A stretch of 64,000 nucleotides of DNA from an uncultured bacterium (GTDB taxonomy: Bacteria; Patescibacteriota; Microgenomatia; Levybacterales; UBA12049), in contig CAWGXL010000011.1 of the NCBI GenBank assembly GCA_963826535.1, positions 384,809 to 448,808 of the forward strand, read 5' to 3'. A program made the position numbers and the translations under genes. Below, piece by piece: positions 51,875-61,132 of this stretch. Position 1 is the stretch's first letter. Every line of letters starts with the position of its first letter. The notes beneath the pieces are model-generated. The model searched no databases. It was not told the DNA's origin and saw nothing but the letters and a program-made list of their open reading frames with translations.

Positions 51875-52060
51875 AAATCCAAAATACAAAATCATAAATT
51901 CCAACAATAAATTACAAATTCAAAATTACAAATCCTAAATAAATTCAAATATTTAAATTCTAAATCCAAAACGTTTTGAATTTTTAAAATTAGAATTTTG
52001 ATATTATTTGGAATTTGGTGCTTTGAATTTGTAATTTACATCTGGCAGTTTGGATTTCGA
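51874..52060. repeat. AT-rich palindromic intergenic element (copy 3), 7-bp-periodic arms around CCAAAACGTTTTGAATTT
   Basis: The left arm (aaattca / acaaatt heptamers) and the right arm (gaatttt / aatttgt) are reverse complements around the AAAACGTTTT centre. Lies between the kinase gene and recF. Confidence 0.5.
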
Positions 52061-52065
52061 ACTTA

Positions 52066-53106
52066 ATGCTTTTAAAACATCTCTCTCTTCAAAATTTTCG
52101 TAACTACACAAAGGCTGATTTTAGTTTTGATAGAGGGGTGACGGTTGTGGTTGGGGCAAATGCTAGCGGTAAAAGCAATTTGATTGAGGCTATTTATCTT
52201 TTGGCGACAGGGCAGAGCCGACGCACGGATCACGATAAACAGCTTATTCATTTTGGCGTTACTTTTTGCCGTGTAAAAGGAGTTGCGGAGGAGGAGTTAG
52301 AGGTAGTAATTTCGACGGATGGCGAACGGCGATTGCAAAAAAAATATTTGGTCAATGGTGTTTCAAAGCGACGGATTGATTTTGCTGCTCATCTCACAAC
52401 AGTAATTTTTACACCCCTTGATCTTGATATCGCATTGGGACAGCCATCGAGCAGGCGCAGATTTCTTGATGAGATCCTCTCACAGGCGGATTACGCATAC
52501 CGTTTGGCTGTTACTACATACACTCGCGGCTTGAGACAACGTAACGCACTTTTGGAGCAGGCGCAAAAAACGGGAAAACGACAGGAGAAATTATTTGCGT
52601 ATTGGAATGACTTGTTAATAAAAAACGGGGAAATAATAACACGTAAAAGAGATGAGTTAATTACTTATATAAATAATAAAAAAAAGGATTTATTTCAATT
52701 TAAGTTGGTGTATGACAAAAGTATTATTTCCGTGGATCGTTTGCTGCAGTACGAGCAGGCAGAATTGGGGGCGGGGGTGACTTTGGTTGGTCCGCACCGT
52801 GATGATGTAACTATTCTGGCTTATTCAGAAATTTCTGACAGTCATGAAGATGTTAAATTTTTTTCATCAAGAGGACAGCAGCGGCTTGTGGTGTTGGAGC
52901 TTAAACTTTCACAGATTTCATACATAGAGGAGGTAAAACAAGTAAAGCCGCTGCTTCTTCTGGATGATATTTTTTCGGAGCTTGACGAAACGCATATACG
53001 ACATATTTTTGAAGTTGTAAGTACGCCGCAGACAATTATCACGACGACGCATGAAGATTTTATACCGAAAAAAATGTTTCCAGGTAACAAGATCATTCAG
53101 CTATAA
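52066..53106 (+). CDS. recF: DNA replication and repair protein RecF
   Basis: Walker A GANASGKSNLIEA, signature LSQGQQR-like SRGQQR, and Walker B LLLDDIFSELD. Confidence 0.85.
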   Translation: MLLKHLSLQNFRNYTKADFSFDRGVTVVVGANASGKSNLIEAIYLLATGQSRRTDHDKQLIHFGVTFCRVKGVAEEELEVVISTDGERRLQKKYLVNGVSKRRIDFAAHLTTVIFTPLDLDIALGQPSSRRRFLDEILSQADYAYRLAVTTYTRGLRQRNALLEQAQKTGKRQEKLFAYWNDLLIKNGEIITRKRDELITYINNKKKDLFQFKLVYDKSIISVDRLLQYEQAELGAGVTLVGPHRDDVTILAYSEISDSHEDVKFFSSRGQQRLVVLELKLSQISYIEEVKQVKPLLLLDDIFSELDETHIRHIFEVVSTPQTIITTTHEDFIPKKMFPGNKIIQL

Positions 53107-53149
53107 AAAACTTGAAAACTGTCTATAGTTGTGATAAAATCTGCTTATT

Positions 53150-53467
53150 ATGAGTGAAATGCCGAGATGGGGATTAGGGATATTTGAACCGAAATCAGGT
53201 GATAAGAAAGCAGATACTTTAAATTTAGATAATGAAGTTGGCAATGAGAGACCACGTACTCCGGAAGAGGTGCTCAAGGAGAGAGCAAGTAAGCATTGGG
53301 AAAGTTGGACAAGGCCTGCTCATAGACAAGTTACTCCCAGACAAGACACACCTAGACAAGTCATTCCTAGACAAGAAGCTCCTCCGGCAGTAATTGACCA
53401 AAGTAGAGAAGTAATTAAAGGTTGGAAAGCAAATCTTAATCCAAAAGCTAACGTTTTAAAACCTTAA
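53150..53467 (+). CDS. hypothetical protein containing a 4x ~15-nt tandem repeat
   Basis: tagacaagNNNNtcc is repeated four times, encoding RQVTPRQDTPRQVIPRQE. Confidence 0.35.
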   Translation: MSEMPRWGLGIFEPKSGDKKADTLNLDNEVGNERPRTPEEVLKERASKHWESWTRPAHRQVTPRQDTPRQVIPRQEAPPAVIDQSREVIKGWKANLNPKANVLKP

Positions 53468-53659
53468 TTTTTTTGTTATCCCCTTTGATCTTTTTATTTT
53501 TTTCTAGTATCCTTAAATATGGTGCGATAGTTGTACCACTCCGCATTGATTTTGCGCCTGTTTTAATGTCCCCCAAGGGGGCTAGCTTCTTTGAAGCGGC
53601 GCATAATCAAAGCTGCGGGTATTATACATTTTTTGTAATTAGAATTTATAGGAGTATAT

Positions 53660-54595
53660 ATGGATGAATTTGATGTTAGTGAATTAAAGAAGCTTTATAT
53701 ACCCCCACCTGAGTCGCATAAGGGGCAAAATGGGAAGCTCATGGTGATTGGGGGGTCGCATCTTTTTCATGCGGCATCTTTGTGGGCGCTTACGGTAGCC
53801 AGCAGGATTGTAGATATGGTGTTTTATTCTTCTGTGCCGGAGAATAATGAGATCATATACGCGCTAAAACGGGAATTCAGGAATGGTATTGTGGTGCGAA
53901 GGGATGATATTGAAAGCTACATTGAGGAGGCTGATTGTGTTTTGATCGGGCCGGGAATGGTAAGAACAGAAAGTTCAAAGTTCAAAGTTGAAAGTTCAAA
54001 GTTGAAACCTAAAGTTCAAAATTTACAAGAAATAAATAGCTTAAAAGATGAGGGGGAACTGACGCATTATCTTACAAAATATTTACTGCATAAATATCCA
54101 GAGAAGAAGTGGGTGATTGATGCGGGGGCATTGCAGATGATGGAGCCGGAATGGCTCTTGCAGTTAAATGGGAATGTGGTTTTGACGCCGCATGCGGGGG
54201 AGTTTGAACGTATTAAGTTAAAAGTTAAAAGTGAAAAGTTAAAAGTTGCCGTAAAGGATAAATCAATAGAGAAACAAGTGGAGTTATTTGCAAAAGAATT
54301 TAATTGTATTATTTTACTGAAGGGGAATGTAGATACTGTGTGTTCGTCTTCGGCATGTATAGTAGTTAAGGGTGGGAATGCGGGGATGACGAAGGGGGGG
54401 ACGGGGGATGTATTGGCTGGTTTAGTGGGTGCTTTAGGATGCAATAATGATTTGTGGCTTTCTGCAAAAGCGGGGAGTTATATAAATAAGAAAGCGGGGG
54501 AGAGGCTATTTGAAAAGGTGGGTTATTATTTTAATGCGTCGGATTTGGCTGATGAGGTACCGAGAGTTATGAAAGAGTTGACCTCACTAGGCTGA
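53660..54595 (+). CDS. ADP-dependent NAD(P)H-hydrate dehydratase (YjeF C-terminal family) with two in-frame heptamer-repeat insertions
   Basis: HKGQNGKLMVIGGS and GTGDVLAG motifs. Insertions at 53969-54028 (KFKVESSKLKPKVQNLQ) and 54215-54248 (KLKVKSEKLKV). Confidence 0.7.
   Translation: MDEFDVSELKKLYIPPPESHKGQNGKLMVIGGSHLFHAASLWALTVASRIVDMVFYSSVPENNEIIYALKREFRNGIVVRRDDIESYIEEADCVLIGPGMVRTESSKFKVESSKLKPKVQNLQEINSLKDEGELTHYLTKYLLHKYPEKKWVIDAGALQMMEPEWLLQLNGNVVLTPHAGEFERIKLKVKSEKLKVAVKDKSIEKQVELFAKEFNCIILLKGNVDTVCSSSACIVVKGGNAGMTKGGTGDVLAGLVGALGCNNDLWLSAKAGSYINKKAGERLFEKVGYYFNASDLADEVPRVMKELTSLG
53969..54028. repeat. 7-bp-periodic A/T-rich tandem repeat (aagttca/aagttga) inside a CDS
   Basis: aagttcaaagttcaaagttgaaagttcaaagttgaaacctaaagttcaaaattt. 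Confidence 0.6.
54215..54248. repeat. 7-bp-periodic repeat (aagttaa) inside a CDS; its 27-mer is identical to the copy at 55701-55727
   Basis: aagttaaaagttaaaagtgaaaagttaaaagttg. Confidence 0.6.
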
Positions 54596-54598
54596 AGC

Positions 54599-54635
54599 TT
54601 CCCACACCGCCAAGGCTTTGCGGGACGAGCCGCGG
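54599..54635. repeat. GC-rich repeat of the tmRNA-segment-like family (copy)
   Basis: cccacaccgccaaggctttgcgggacgagccgcgggg aligns with the 42823 and 12921 copies. Confidence 0.4.
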
Positions 54636-54654
54636 GGCAAGGTGGTTATAGATT

Positions 54655-55368
54655 ATGTCTAAAAATGTGTCAGTAAATAATAAAAAATTTATATTGATTT
54701 TGCAGATTTGCGCTTTCGTGCTTATTTATGTTGTTATATTTATTATTCTGCGTAATAAAATACCGGATGCATCTAAAATGGTAGGATTCGCTGAAGAAAT
54801 TTATGGCGGATACGGATACTATTTAATTTTTTTAGGAGCATTACTTGAGGGGACTTTTATTGTCGGGTTTTATATACCGGGATCTTTTATTGTTTTTTTA
54901 GGCGTGTCGCTTGCCCGGTTAGGTATTACATCTTTTCCGCTGGTTATTCTTTTTGGAACTTTGGGATTATGTTTTGGATATAGTATTAATTACTGCCTCG
55001 GAAGATTCGGCTGGTACAAGATAATAGAGGGGTTTGGTTTTGAAAAACAAATAGTGGGGGCAAAAAATAATCTAAAACATCATTATAATAAAGCTCTTTT
55101 TTGGGGTTATATTATGCCAAGTACAGGCTCTATGCTATCTACGGCTTCGGGAATTTTAAAAGTTCCATTTAAAGAATTTATTTTTAAAACCATATTAATA
55201 CAAGCTTTTTGGAGCTTGATACTTGGGGGACTAGCCTATGTATTTGGTATGACATTTATATACATGTTTCTTGTTTATTTTGGTACGATCGCTTTGATTG
55301 GAATAGGAATGTATATCTTGCATAAATTGTACAAGAAAAGGAAGAAGCGGCAGCAGATGCATACTTAA
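54655..55368 (+). CDS. DedA/TVP38 family membrane protein
   Basis: LEGTFIVGFYIPGSFIVFLG (E...PG motif) in a multi-TM protein. Confidence 0.5.
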   Translation: MSKNVSVNNKKFILILQICAFVLIYVVIFIILRNKIPDASKMVGFAEEIYGGYGYYLIFLGALLEGTFIVGFYIPGSFIVFLGVSLARLGITSFPLVILFGTLGLCFGYSINYCLGRFGWYKIIEGFGFEKQIVGAKNNLKHHYNKALFWGYIMPSTGSMLSTASGILKVPFKEFIFKTILIQAFWSLILGGLAYVFGMTFIYMFLVYFGTIALIGIGMYILHKLYKKRKKRQQMHT

Positions 55369-55410
55369 GCGTTGCCAATTTTAGGGAAATGTGCGAGAAT
55401 TGGGGGGTAA

Positions 55411-56463
55411 ATGTATACTCCAGCGTACTCCATTACTAATAAGATTCTTAAATTTATCGGGATTATTGAGGCTTGTAAGGAGGTTATAGATCATGCGCCG
55501 CTTTTGCCTTATTACGAAAAGGAATTTCAGAAAGATGCAATGGTCCGGACTGTGCATCATGGAACACATATTGAGGGGAATGAGCTTAATTTGACACAGG
55601 CGGAGAAGGCAATGTTTGGAGAGGAGATTGTGGCACGGGAGCGAGATGTGCAGGAGGTTATTAATTATAGAAAAGCGATGGAATACATAGATCAGTTTAA
55701 AGTTAAAAGTGAAAAGTTAAAAGTTGAGGAAGAGTTTATAAAGAATTTACATAAAATGATAGTTGGGAAAATATTGGAACCTGAGAGGTGTGGAACGTTT
55801 CGGACAACTCAGGTGGTGGTGCGTAATAGTGTCACAGGGGAGGTGACTTTTACTCCGCCGGTACCGATGGTTGTGCCTTATCAATTAAAGGAGCTTGCGG
55901 AGTTTATTAATAAGACCGGTACTGAAGATATTCATCCGGTATTGAAGAGCGGAGTTGTGCATTATGAATTTGTACGAATTCATCCGTTTGTTGACGGGAA
56001 TGGAAGAGTAGGACGGGTGTTGTCGACTTTTATTTTATTTCAGAGCGGTTATGATATCAGGAAGTTTTTTTCACTTGAGGAATATTTTGATCACGACGCT
56101 GCGCAATACTATGCCAGCTTGCAGAGCGTTGAGGGGAATAATGGCGATCTGACTGCGTGGCTTGAGTATTTTACCGAGGGTCTGGCGCTTGAACTTAATA
56201 AAATCAAGGAAAAGGTTGGCAAAATATCAATTGACGTAAAACTGCGAGAGAGACTCGGGGGAAAACCTGTAATGCTAACAGAGCGGCAATTGAAAATAAT
56301 TGAGTATATTCAAAAGACAGGGTATTTACAAAATAATGGATTCAAGATGCTTTTCCCATTTGTGTCGGAGGATACGGTTTTGAATGAATTGAAGTATCTT
56401 ATAAAGCACAGGATTGTGAAGAAACAGGGGAGTACTAAGGCGGCGAAGTATGTGATGGGATAA
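55411..56463 (+). CDS. Fic family protein (second copy) with an in-frame repeat insertion
   Basis: Fic motif HPFVDGNGRVGRVL; C-terminal winged-helix-like region; insertion at 55697-55727 (KVKSEKLKVEE). Confidence 0.8.
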   Translation: MYTPAYSITNKILKFIGIIEACKEVIDHAPLLPYYEKEFQKDAMVRTVHHGTHIEGNELNLTQAEKAMFGEEIVARERDVQEVINYRKAMEYIDQFKVKSEKLKVEEEFIKNLHKMIVGKILEPERCGTFRTTQVVVRNSVTGEVTFTPPVPMVVPYQLKELAEFINKTGTEDIHPVLKSGVVHYEFVRIHPFVDGNGRVGRVLSTFILFQSGYDIRKFFSLEEYFDHDAAQYYASLQSVEGNNGDLTAWLEYFTEGLALELNKIKEKVGKISIDVKLRERLGGKPVMLTERQLKIIEYIQKTGYLQNNGFKMLFPFVSEDTVLNELKYLIKHRIVKKQGSTKAAKYVMG

Positions 56464-56483
56464 TTGGTTTTGATTTTTGCGTT

Positions 56484-57686
56484 TTGAATTTTTGTATGGA
56501 AGGATCTGAAAAATTTACTGTTAAAACCTTAGAAAAACCAGAAGGATCTAAAACACTTCCGGCGAGTGAGCGACCGGCGATTTTTCGCTGGTTTAGAGAT
56601 CGCGGGCTGCCTATCTATTTGACTGCAGCTTTGTCCGTAGTAGCTCCCTTCAAGACGGAGAGACTGGAAGCTGCTGAAATTTCGCCAAATGCTACTTGGA
56701 TTGATGGAGTGGAAACCTTACATAGAGAATCGCTGAATAATGTTAATGAATCATACGGGTTATTTTTAAAAGATAATGATACCGGTAGAACAAAATGGAT
56801 TATTGGAAAAGAGGGTAAGCCTACTTTTGTGGATATTGAACCTAGGGGTATTACTAAGCCCGTCGAACTAGAAATTGCCGGACATGATGCGTCATCAATC
56901 ACTCTATGTGATATACATACCCATCCGTTAAGTAATACATATTACGGACAATCGGATAAGGAAATACTTGATATACGACAAGGGAAGCAAGTTATAGCAA
57001 AACCACCAAGCGGTGATATATGGCAGGGCGATATAAGTGTTTATAGGCATGAAGCTTTTGAATTGGCTATAGATCCAATCAGGAATAAGGGAATAACAGT
57101 TGAGATTAGCCAAGGCGTGGTTGATCCAGCCGGTATTACATATCATAGACTGCTCAAAGATCAAGAGATTCGATACCAATACCCAAATTTTCATAAAGAA
57201 CTCGAGGAAAGCCGAGTTGCTCTACGAGAATGGGAAAATACGATTAGGCCCCTTGTTGATAGTCTTGATATAGCAAAACTTAACAAACTATATGAGCTCA
57301 CAGAATACGACTACAAATCTAAATTAGATAATACATATTCGGAACAAGAAATGCAGGAAATAAAACGCCAGGTAATAATCAATACGATTATATTTGGAGT
57401 GTTCGGATATAATATAGCGCAGGAACTTCTTGCCGACCATTCGGATGGACAAAAACTGCTGCAGGATTTTAAAACTAAGATTTTCGACAAAAGATTTGTT
57501 ATGGATGAAGCAAGTTATAAATGGCGAATAAAGTCTTTGACTGTTTCACCTGAGCAATTGACTTCAACAGAAGAATATGCCAAGTTACGCGAAGCATACG
57601 TACAGAATGGGACTAAAATACGCTTTGTCCCGCACAGTCAGATACCCAACGAACCACCTTGCGCGGGAACTGATTATAAACCTTAA
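56484..57686 (+). CDS. hypothetical protein immediately downstream of Fic
   Basis: 400-aa ORF starting 20 nt after the Fic stop; no motif recognised. Confidence 0.45.
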   Translation: MNFCMEGSEKFTVKTLEKPEGSKTLPASERPAIFRWFRDRGLPIYLTAALSVVAPFKTERLEAAEISPNATWIDGVETLHRESLNNVNESYGLFLKDNDTGRTKWIIGKEGKPTFVDIEPRGITKPVELEIAGHDASSITLCDIHTHPLSNTYYGQSDKEILDIRQGKQVIAKPPSGDIWQGDISVYRHEAFELAIDPIRNKGITVEISQGVVDPAGITYHRLLKDQEIRYQYPNFHKELEESRVALREWENTIRPLVDSLDIAKLNKLYELTEYDYKSKLDNTYSEQEMQEIKRQVIINTIIFGVFGYNIAQELLADHSDGQKLLQDFKTKIFDKRFVMDEASYKWRIKSLTVSPEQLTSTEEYAKLREAYVQNGTKIRFVPHSQIPNEPPCAGTDYKP

Positions 57687-57692
57687 CATAGT

Positions 57693-59507
57693 ATGAAATT
57701 TAGTGAATTGGCGATTTATTTTGAAAAATTAGAAGCTACATCTTCAAGATTAGCACTTATTGATATACTTGCGGATCTTTTTAAGCAGGTATCTAATGAT
57801 GAGTTTGACAGAGTTATTTATTTGACGCAGGGGAGGGTGGCGCCGTTCTACGCGCCTGTGGAAATCGGTATGGCGGATAAGATGGTGGCGCAAAGCATCG
57901 GTGAAGCATTTGGTCTTACTAAAGACGAGGTGCTCACAGTTTTTTCAAAAAAAGGCGACTTGGGGTTGGTTGCGTTTGAGCTTTCAAAGAGCAAGCGAAA
58001 ACGCGGGAAAAAAGAAGAATTGTCGGTCGTAACTGTTTTTGATGAGTTATTGAAGATTGCGCATACCGGAGGAGTCGGTAGTGTTGAAAAGAAAATTACC
58101 GCATTGAAAGTATTGCTTGAACATATGGATGCTGTTTCGGCGAAACATTTGGTCAGAATCCCTCTTGGTAATACAAGACTCGGAATAGGAGACCCAACAA
58201 TATTAGATGGGTTGGCTTTGGCTATTTTAGGAGACCGCAGCAACAGAAAACTTCTTGAAAAAGCGTACAATGAGACTTCAGATTTAGGCTTGATTGGTAA
58301 GACATTGGTGGAGGGTGGGTTGAAAAAAGTTCAAAAGCTGACTGTAAATGTTGGCAGGCCGATCAGGTCAGAACTATGTGAACGTTTGCCTAATCCAGAA
58401 AAAGTTTTTAGTAAGATGAGTCCTTCGACAGGCTCAGGATCTCCCTACGGTCGAGGTGTGCATACGACTTTTAAATATGATGGGTTTCGGGTGCAGATTC
58501 ATAAAAATGGTAACAAAGTGGAGATGTTTTCCCGCAATCTAGAAGATATGACGCATATGTTTCCGGAACTTATTGAGGGGACGCTTAAGCAAGTGAAAGC
58601 TAAGACTGTGATTTTGGATACTGAGGCATTGGCATATCAGCCTGATTCGGAAGAATTTTTGCCGTTTCAAGAAACTACCAAGCGGCGTAGAAAATATAAT
58701 ATTGAAGAGATGGCCCAGAGTTTGCCATTGAAAGCATTTGTTTTTGATATTTTGTATTTAGATGGAAAATCTCTGATTGATACTCCGCTAACGGAGCGGA
58801 TGAAGATTCTAAAAAAAGTTATTCCCAATAAGGACATTTTGATTCCATCAACCGGAGAAATTCTGACAGATCCCAAAGATCTGCAATTTATGCTGGACGA
58901 TGCGATTTCAAAAGGACTTGAGGGGGTTGTGGTTAAAAAACCTGACTCATTGTATGAAGCGGGCGGACGGAATTTTAATTGGGTGAAGCTGAAAAGACAT
59001 TCTTCCGGAGAACTGCAGGATACTATTGACTGCGTGATTTTGGGATATATATTCGGCCGCGGCAAAAGAACGGCATTTGGAGCCGGAGCATTATTGGTGG
59101 GATTGTATGATAAAGCTGCTGATCAATTTGTCAGTGTCTCCCGAATAGGAACAGGGTTAAATGATGATGAGTGGAGAAGCATCAAAGAAAAAACAAAAGG
59201 CCTCGAACTTGACCATAAGCCTGCACGTGTAAATTCATTGATTACGCCGAGTGTTTGGGTAAAGCCTGAGATTGTGATTGAGGTTTTGGCGGATGAGATA
59301 ACGAGGAGTCCTTTGCATACCGCGGGTATGCAAACTAAGAACTTAGGACCTAGAACTAAGAACAAAGTGGAGGATAAATTACAAGAGGCGGGGTATGCTT
59401 TGAGGTTTCCGCGATTAATTAGCTTTCGTGATAAGGATAAAAAGGCTGAGGATGCTACTACGGTGGATGAGTTAATTGAAATGTATAAGATGCAAGGCAA
59501 GAAATAG
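57693..59507 (+). CDS. ATP-dependent DNA ligase (archaeal/eukaryotic Lig-type) with an in-frame insertion
   Basis: Motif I KYDGFR (KxDG), motif IV EGVVVK, motif V WVKLK. Insertion at 59312-59366 (palindrome tttgcataccgcgggtatgcaaa plus taagaac repeats). Confidence 0.8.
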   Translation: MKFSELAIYFEKLEATSSRLALIDILADLFKQVSNDEFDRVIYLTQGRVAPFYAPVEIGMADKMVAQSIGEAFGLTKDEVLTVFSKKGDLGLVAFELSKSKRKRGKKEELSVVTVFDELLKIAHTGGVGSVEKKITALKVLLEHMDAVSAKHLVRIPLGNTRLGIGDPTILDGLALAILGDRSNRKLLEKAYNETSDLGLIGKTLVEGGLKKVQKLTVNVGRPIRSELCERLPNPEKVFSKMSPSTGSGSPYGRGVHTTFKYDGFRVQIHKNGNKVEMFSRNLEDMTHMFPELIEGTLKQVKAKTVILDTEALAYQPDSEEFLPFQETTKRRRKYNIEEMAQSLPLKAFVFDILYLDGKSLIDTPLTERMKILKKVIPNKDILIPSTGEILTDPKDLQFMLDDAISKGLEGVVVKKPDSLYEAGGRNFNWVKLKRHSSGELQDTIDCVILGYIFGRGKRTAFGAGALLVGLYDKAADQFVSVSRIGTGLNDDEWRSIKEKTKGLELDHKPARVNSLITPSVWVKPEIVIEVLADEITRSPLHTAGMQTKNLGPRTKNKVEDKLQEAGYALRFPRLISFRDKDKKAEDATTVDELIEMYKMQGKK

Positions 59508-59558
59508 TATACTTCTACATTTGTAAATTTATCATACTGATATTATACTCGTACTATT

Positions 59559-60329
59559 ATGGAAGTTAAAACATCAGGTGAATCAAATTTCCGTATAATT
59601 AAAATTGCCAGTAAGGAACTGATTCAGGATTTAACGCAGAGACAAGAGGAGTTAGATGAATGGGTTAAAAAGACTAAGGAGGTAGTCCCAACAGATAGAA
59701 ATTTTAATTTCGAAATTAAAAAAGGAGTTGAAAATAATGTAGGTCTTAGTTTAAGAAGAAATGATGGAGCAACGATTAACGTCAATTCTTTTATACCTGA
59801 AGGAGTAAGATTTCAAATAAGAGATAAATATTTATATAATGATGCAGAGAAGGTAGTTGGTTTTCCTGAAGATCAGCTGCAATATAGGGGGTCTCTTTTG
59901 TCGCTTTTTCATGAAATTGGACATTCTAAAACGTTTGTTATGCCAAGTTATTCATTTATAGAGAAAGTGAGGGCTGAGGTTGTAAATAAACTAAATCTTT
60001 TTAGAATTATTAATCACCAAGGCAATTTAGAAGTGCCTCAACTAGATCATCTCCTACATATAATTAATATAAGTCCAGAAGTACTCTATCCTGAAGACCT
60101 GATGGAAAAGAGACTTTCTGTACATGAACAAAATGAAAGGGAAGCATGGGCATCAGGGCTACATTCCCTACGGGATCTTAATAGTAAAGGTTACAATGTT
60201 TTTGCAGGTTTTGAAAGCGTGAAGGATGTACAAGCTTTTATTGCTGCTAATCTTACATCATACAATATACTGGAGCATGCGATGACAGGTTACGAGTCTA
60301 ATCGTTTTTCAAAAAGACCCTATAAATAA
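59559..60329 (+). CDS. hypothetical protein with HExxH (HEIGH) motif
   Basis: LFHEIGHSKTF is the only recognisable feature; possible metallopeptidase. Confidence 0.4.
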   Translation: MEVKTSGESNFRIIKIASKELIQDLTQRQEELDEWVKKTKEVVPTDRNFNFEIKKGVENNVGLSLRRNDGATINVNSFIPEGVRFQIRDKYLYNDAEKVVGFPEDQLQYRGSLLSLFHEIGHSKTFVMPSYSFIEKVRAEVVNKLNLFRIINHQGNLEVPQLDHLLHIINISPEVLYPEDLMEKRLSVHEQNEREAWASGLHSLRDLNSKGYNVFAGFESVKDVQAFIAANLTSYNILEHAMTGYESNRFSKRPYK

Positions 60330-60370
60330 ATGCCCTTTTTTATTTTAATGAGATATTGATGGGTGCATTA

Positions 60371-60475
60371 TATGCAGTACGTAGCGGATTTGCATCTTCA
60401 TTCAAAATATTCGCGGGCGGTGTCGCAGAGTATGACCTTATCTGTAATGGCGCAATATTCCTTGAGAAGAAGAGT
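60371..60475 (+). pseudogene. truncated duplicate of the 5' end (~35 codons) of the EndoQ-like gene
   Basis: MQYVADLHLHSKYSRAVSQSMTLSVMAQY then stop. About 80% nt identity to 61133-61225. Confidence 0.5.
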
Positions 60476-60509
60476 TTGATTTCGCTATTTTTTATGTTAT
60501 TATAAATTA

Positions 60510-60710
60510 ATGAAAACAGTTGACTGGAGCAATATTTATAAAAATCATAAAGGCAAATGGGTAGCGTTGGCAGATGATGAGAGGACGGTTCTGGCTGTTG
60601 CGACAGACGTTAAACAGGTAATTAAAAAAGCGCTCGATGCGGGGCATAAAAATCCAATCTTAACCAAGATGCCTCAGAAATTGCTTACATATGTCGGCTC
60701 CCGTATATGA
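60510..60710 (+). CDS. small protein (DUF5678-like GKWVAL motif), first gene of cassette copy 2
   Basis: 66 aa; HKGKWVALADDERTVLAVATDVKQVIKKALDAGHKNPIL. Overlaps the downstream gene by 4 nt. Confidence 0.5.
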   Translation: MKTVDWSNIYKNHKGKWVALADDERTVLAVATDVKQVIKKALDAGHKNPILTKMPQKLLTYVGSRI

Positions 60711-61126
60711 AGTTTTCCTATAAAGATTATGGCGAAGGCATCATCCGTCCTGTTATCCCAATTACGATAGTATCTAAAAACCACTTTGTAATCTATGAAG
60801 TTCTGGTTGATTCGGGTGCTGATTCAAACATTTTGCCAGCAGAGCTTGCGGAAGTCTTGGGAATAAATCTTAGTAAAGGCGATAAGGGAGAAGTAGCAGG
60901 AATTACCGGTGAAAGTCGTGATATTTATTTCCATGATTTGAATATCCGGGTAGGAGGTGATTTATATAAAAAAGTACGGATTGGATTCTTAAAAGAAATG
61001 GGACAGTACAGTTATGGCGTTGTAGGTCAAAAGGGCTTTTTTGATATTTTTGTAGTTAAATTTGACTTAGTCAAGGAAGAAATAGACTTAAAACCGCGAG
61101 AAAGTTTTAGTTCCTATAAAAATTGA
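60707..61126 (+). CDS. retropepsin-like (clan AA) aspartic protease, paralog of 28689..29105
   Basis: VLVDSGADSNIL (D-S-G-A) and FLKEMGQ...GQKGFF; 139 aa. Confidence 0.6.
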   Translation: MKFSYKDYGEGIIRPVIPITIVSKNHFVIYEVLVDSGADSNILPAELAEVLGINLSKGDKGEVAGITGESRDIYFHDLNIRVGGDLYKKVRIGFLKEMGQYSYGVVGQKGFFDIFVVKFDLVKEEIDLKPRESFSSYKN

Positions 61127-61132
61127 GCGCTT

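Noticed and set aside
51874-52066. AT-rich repeat region immediately upstream of recF considered as oriC.
   Set aside because: No dnaA or dnaN adjacent and no TTATCCACA-like DnaA boxes found. The same element type recurs at two other loci, so a dispersed repeat is the better explanation.
53969-55730. Regularly repeated short units considered as a CRISPR array.
   Set aside because: Units are 7 bp with no spacers, lie inside ORFs, and there are no cas genes; not CRISPR.
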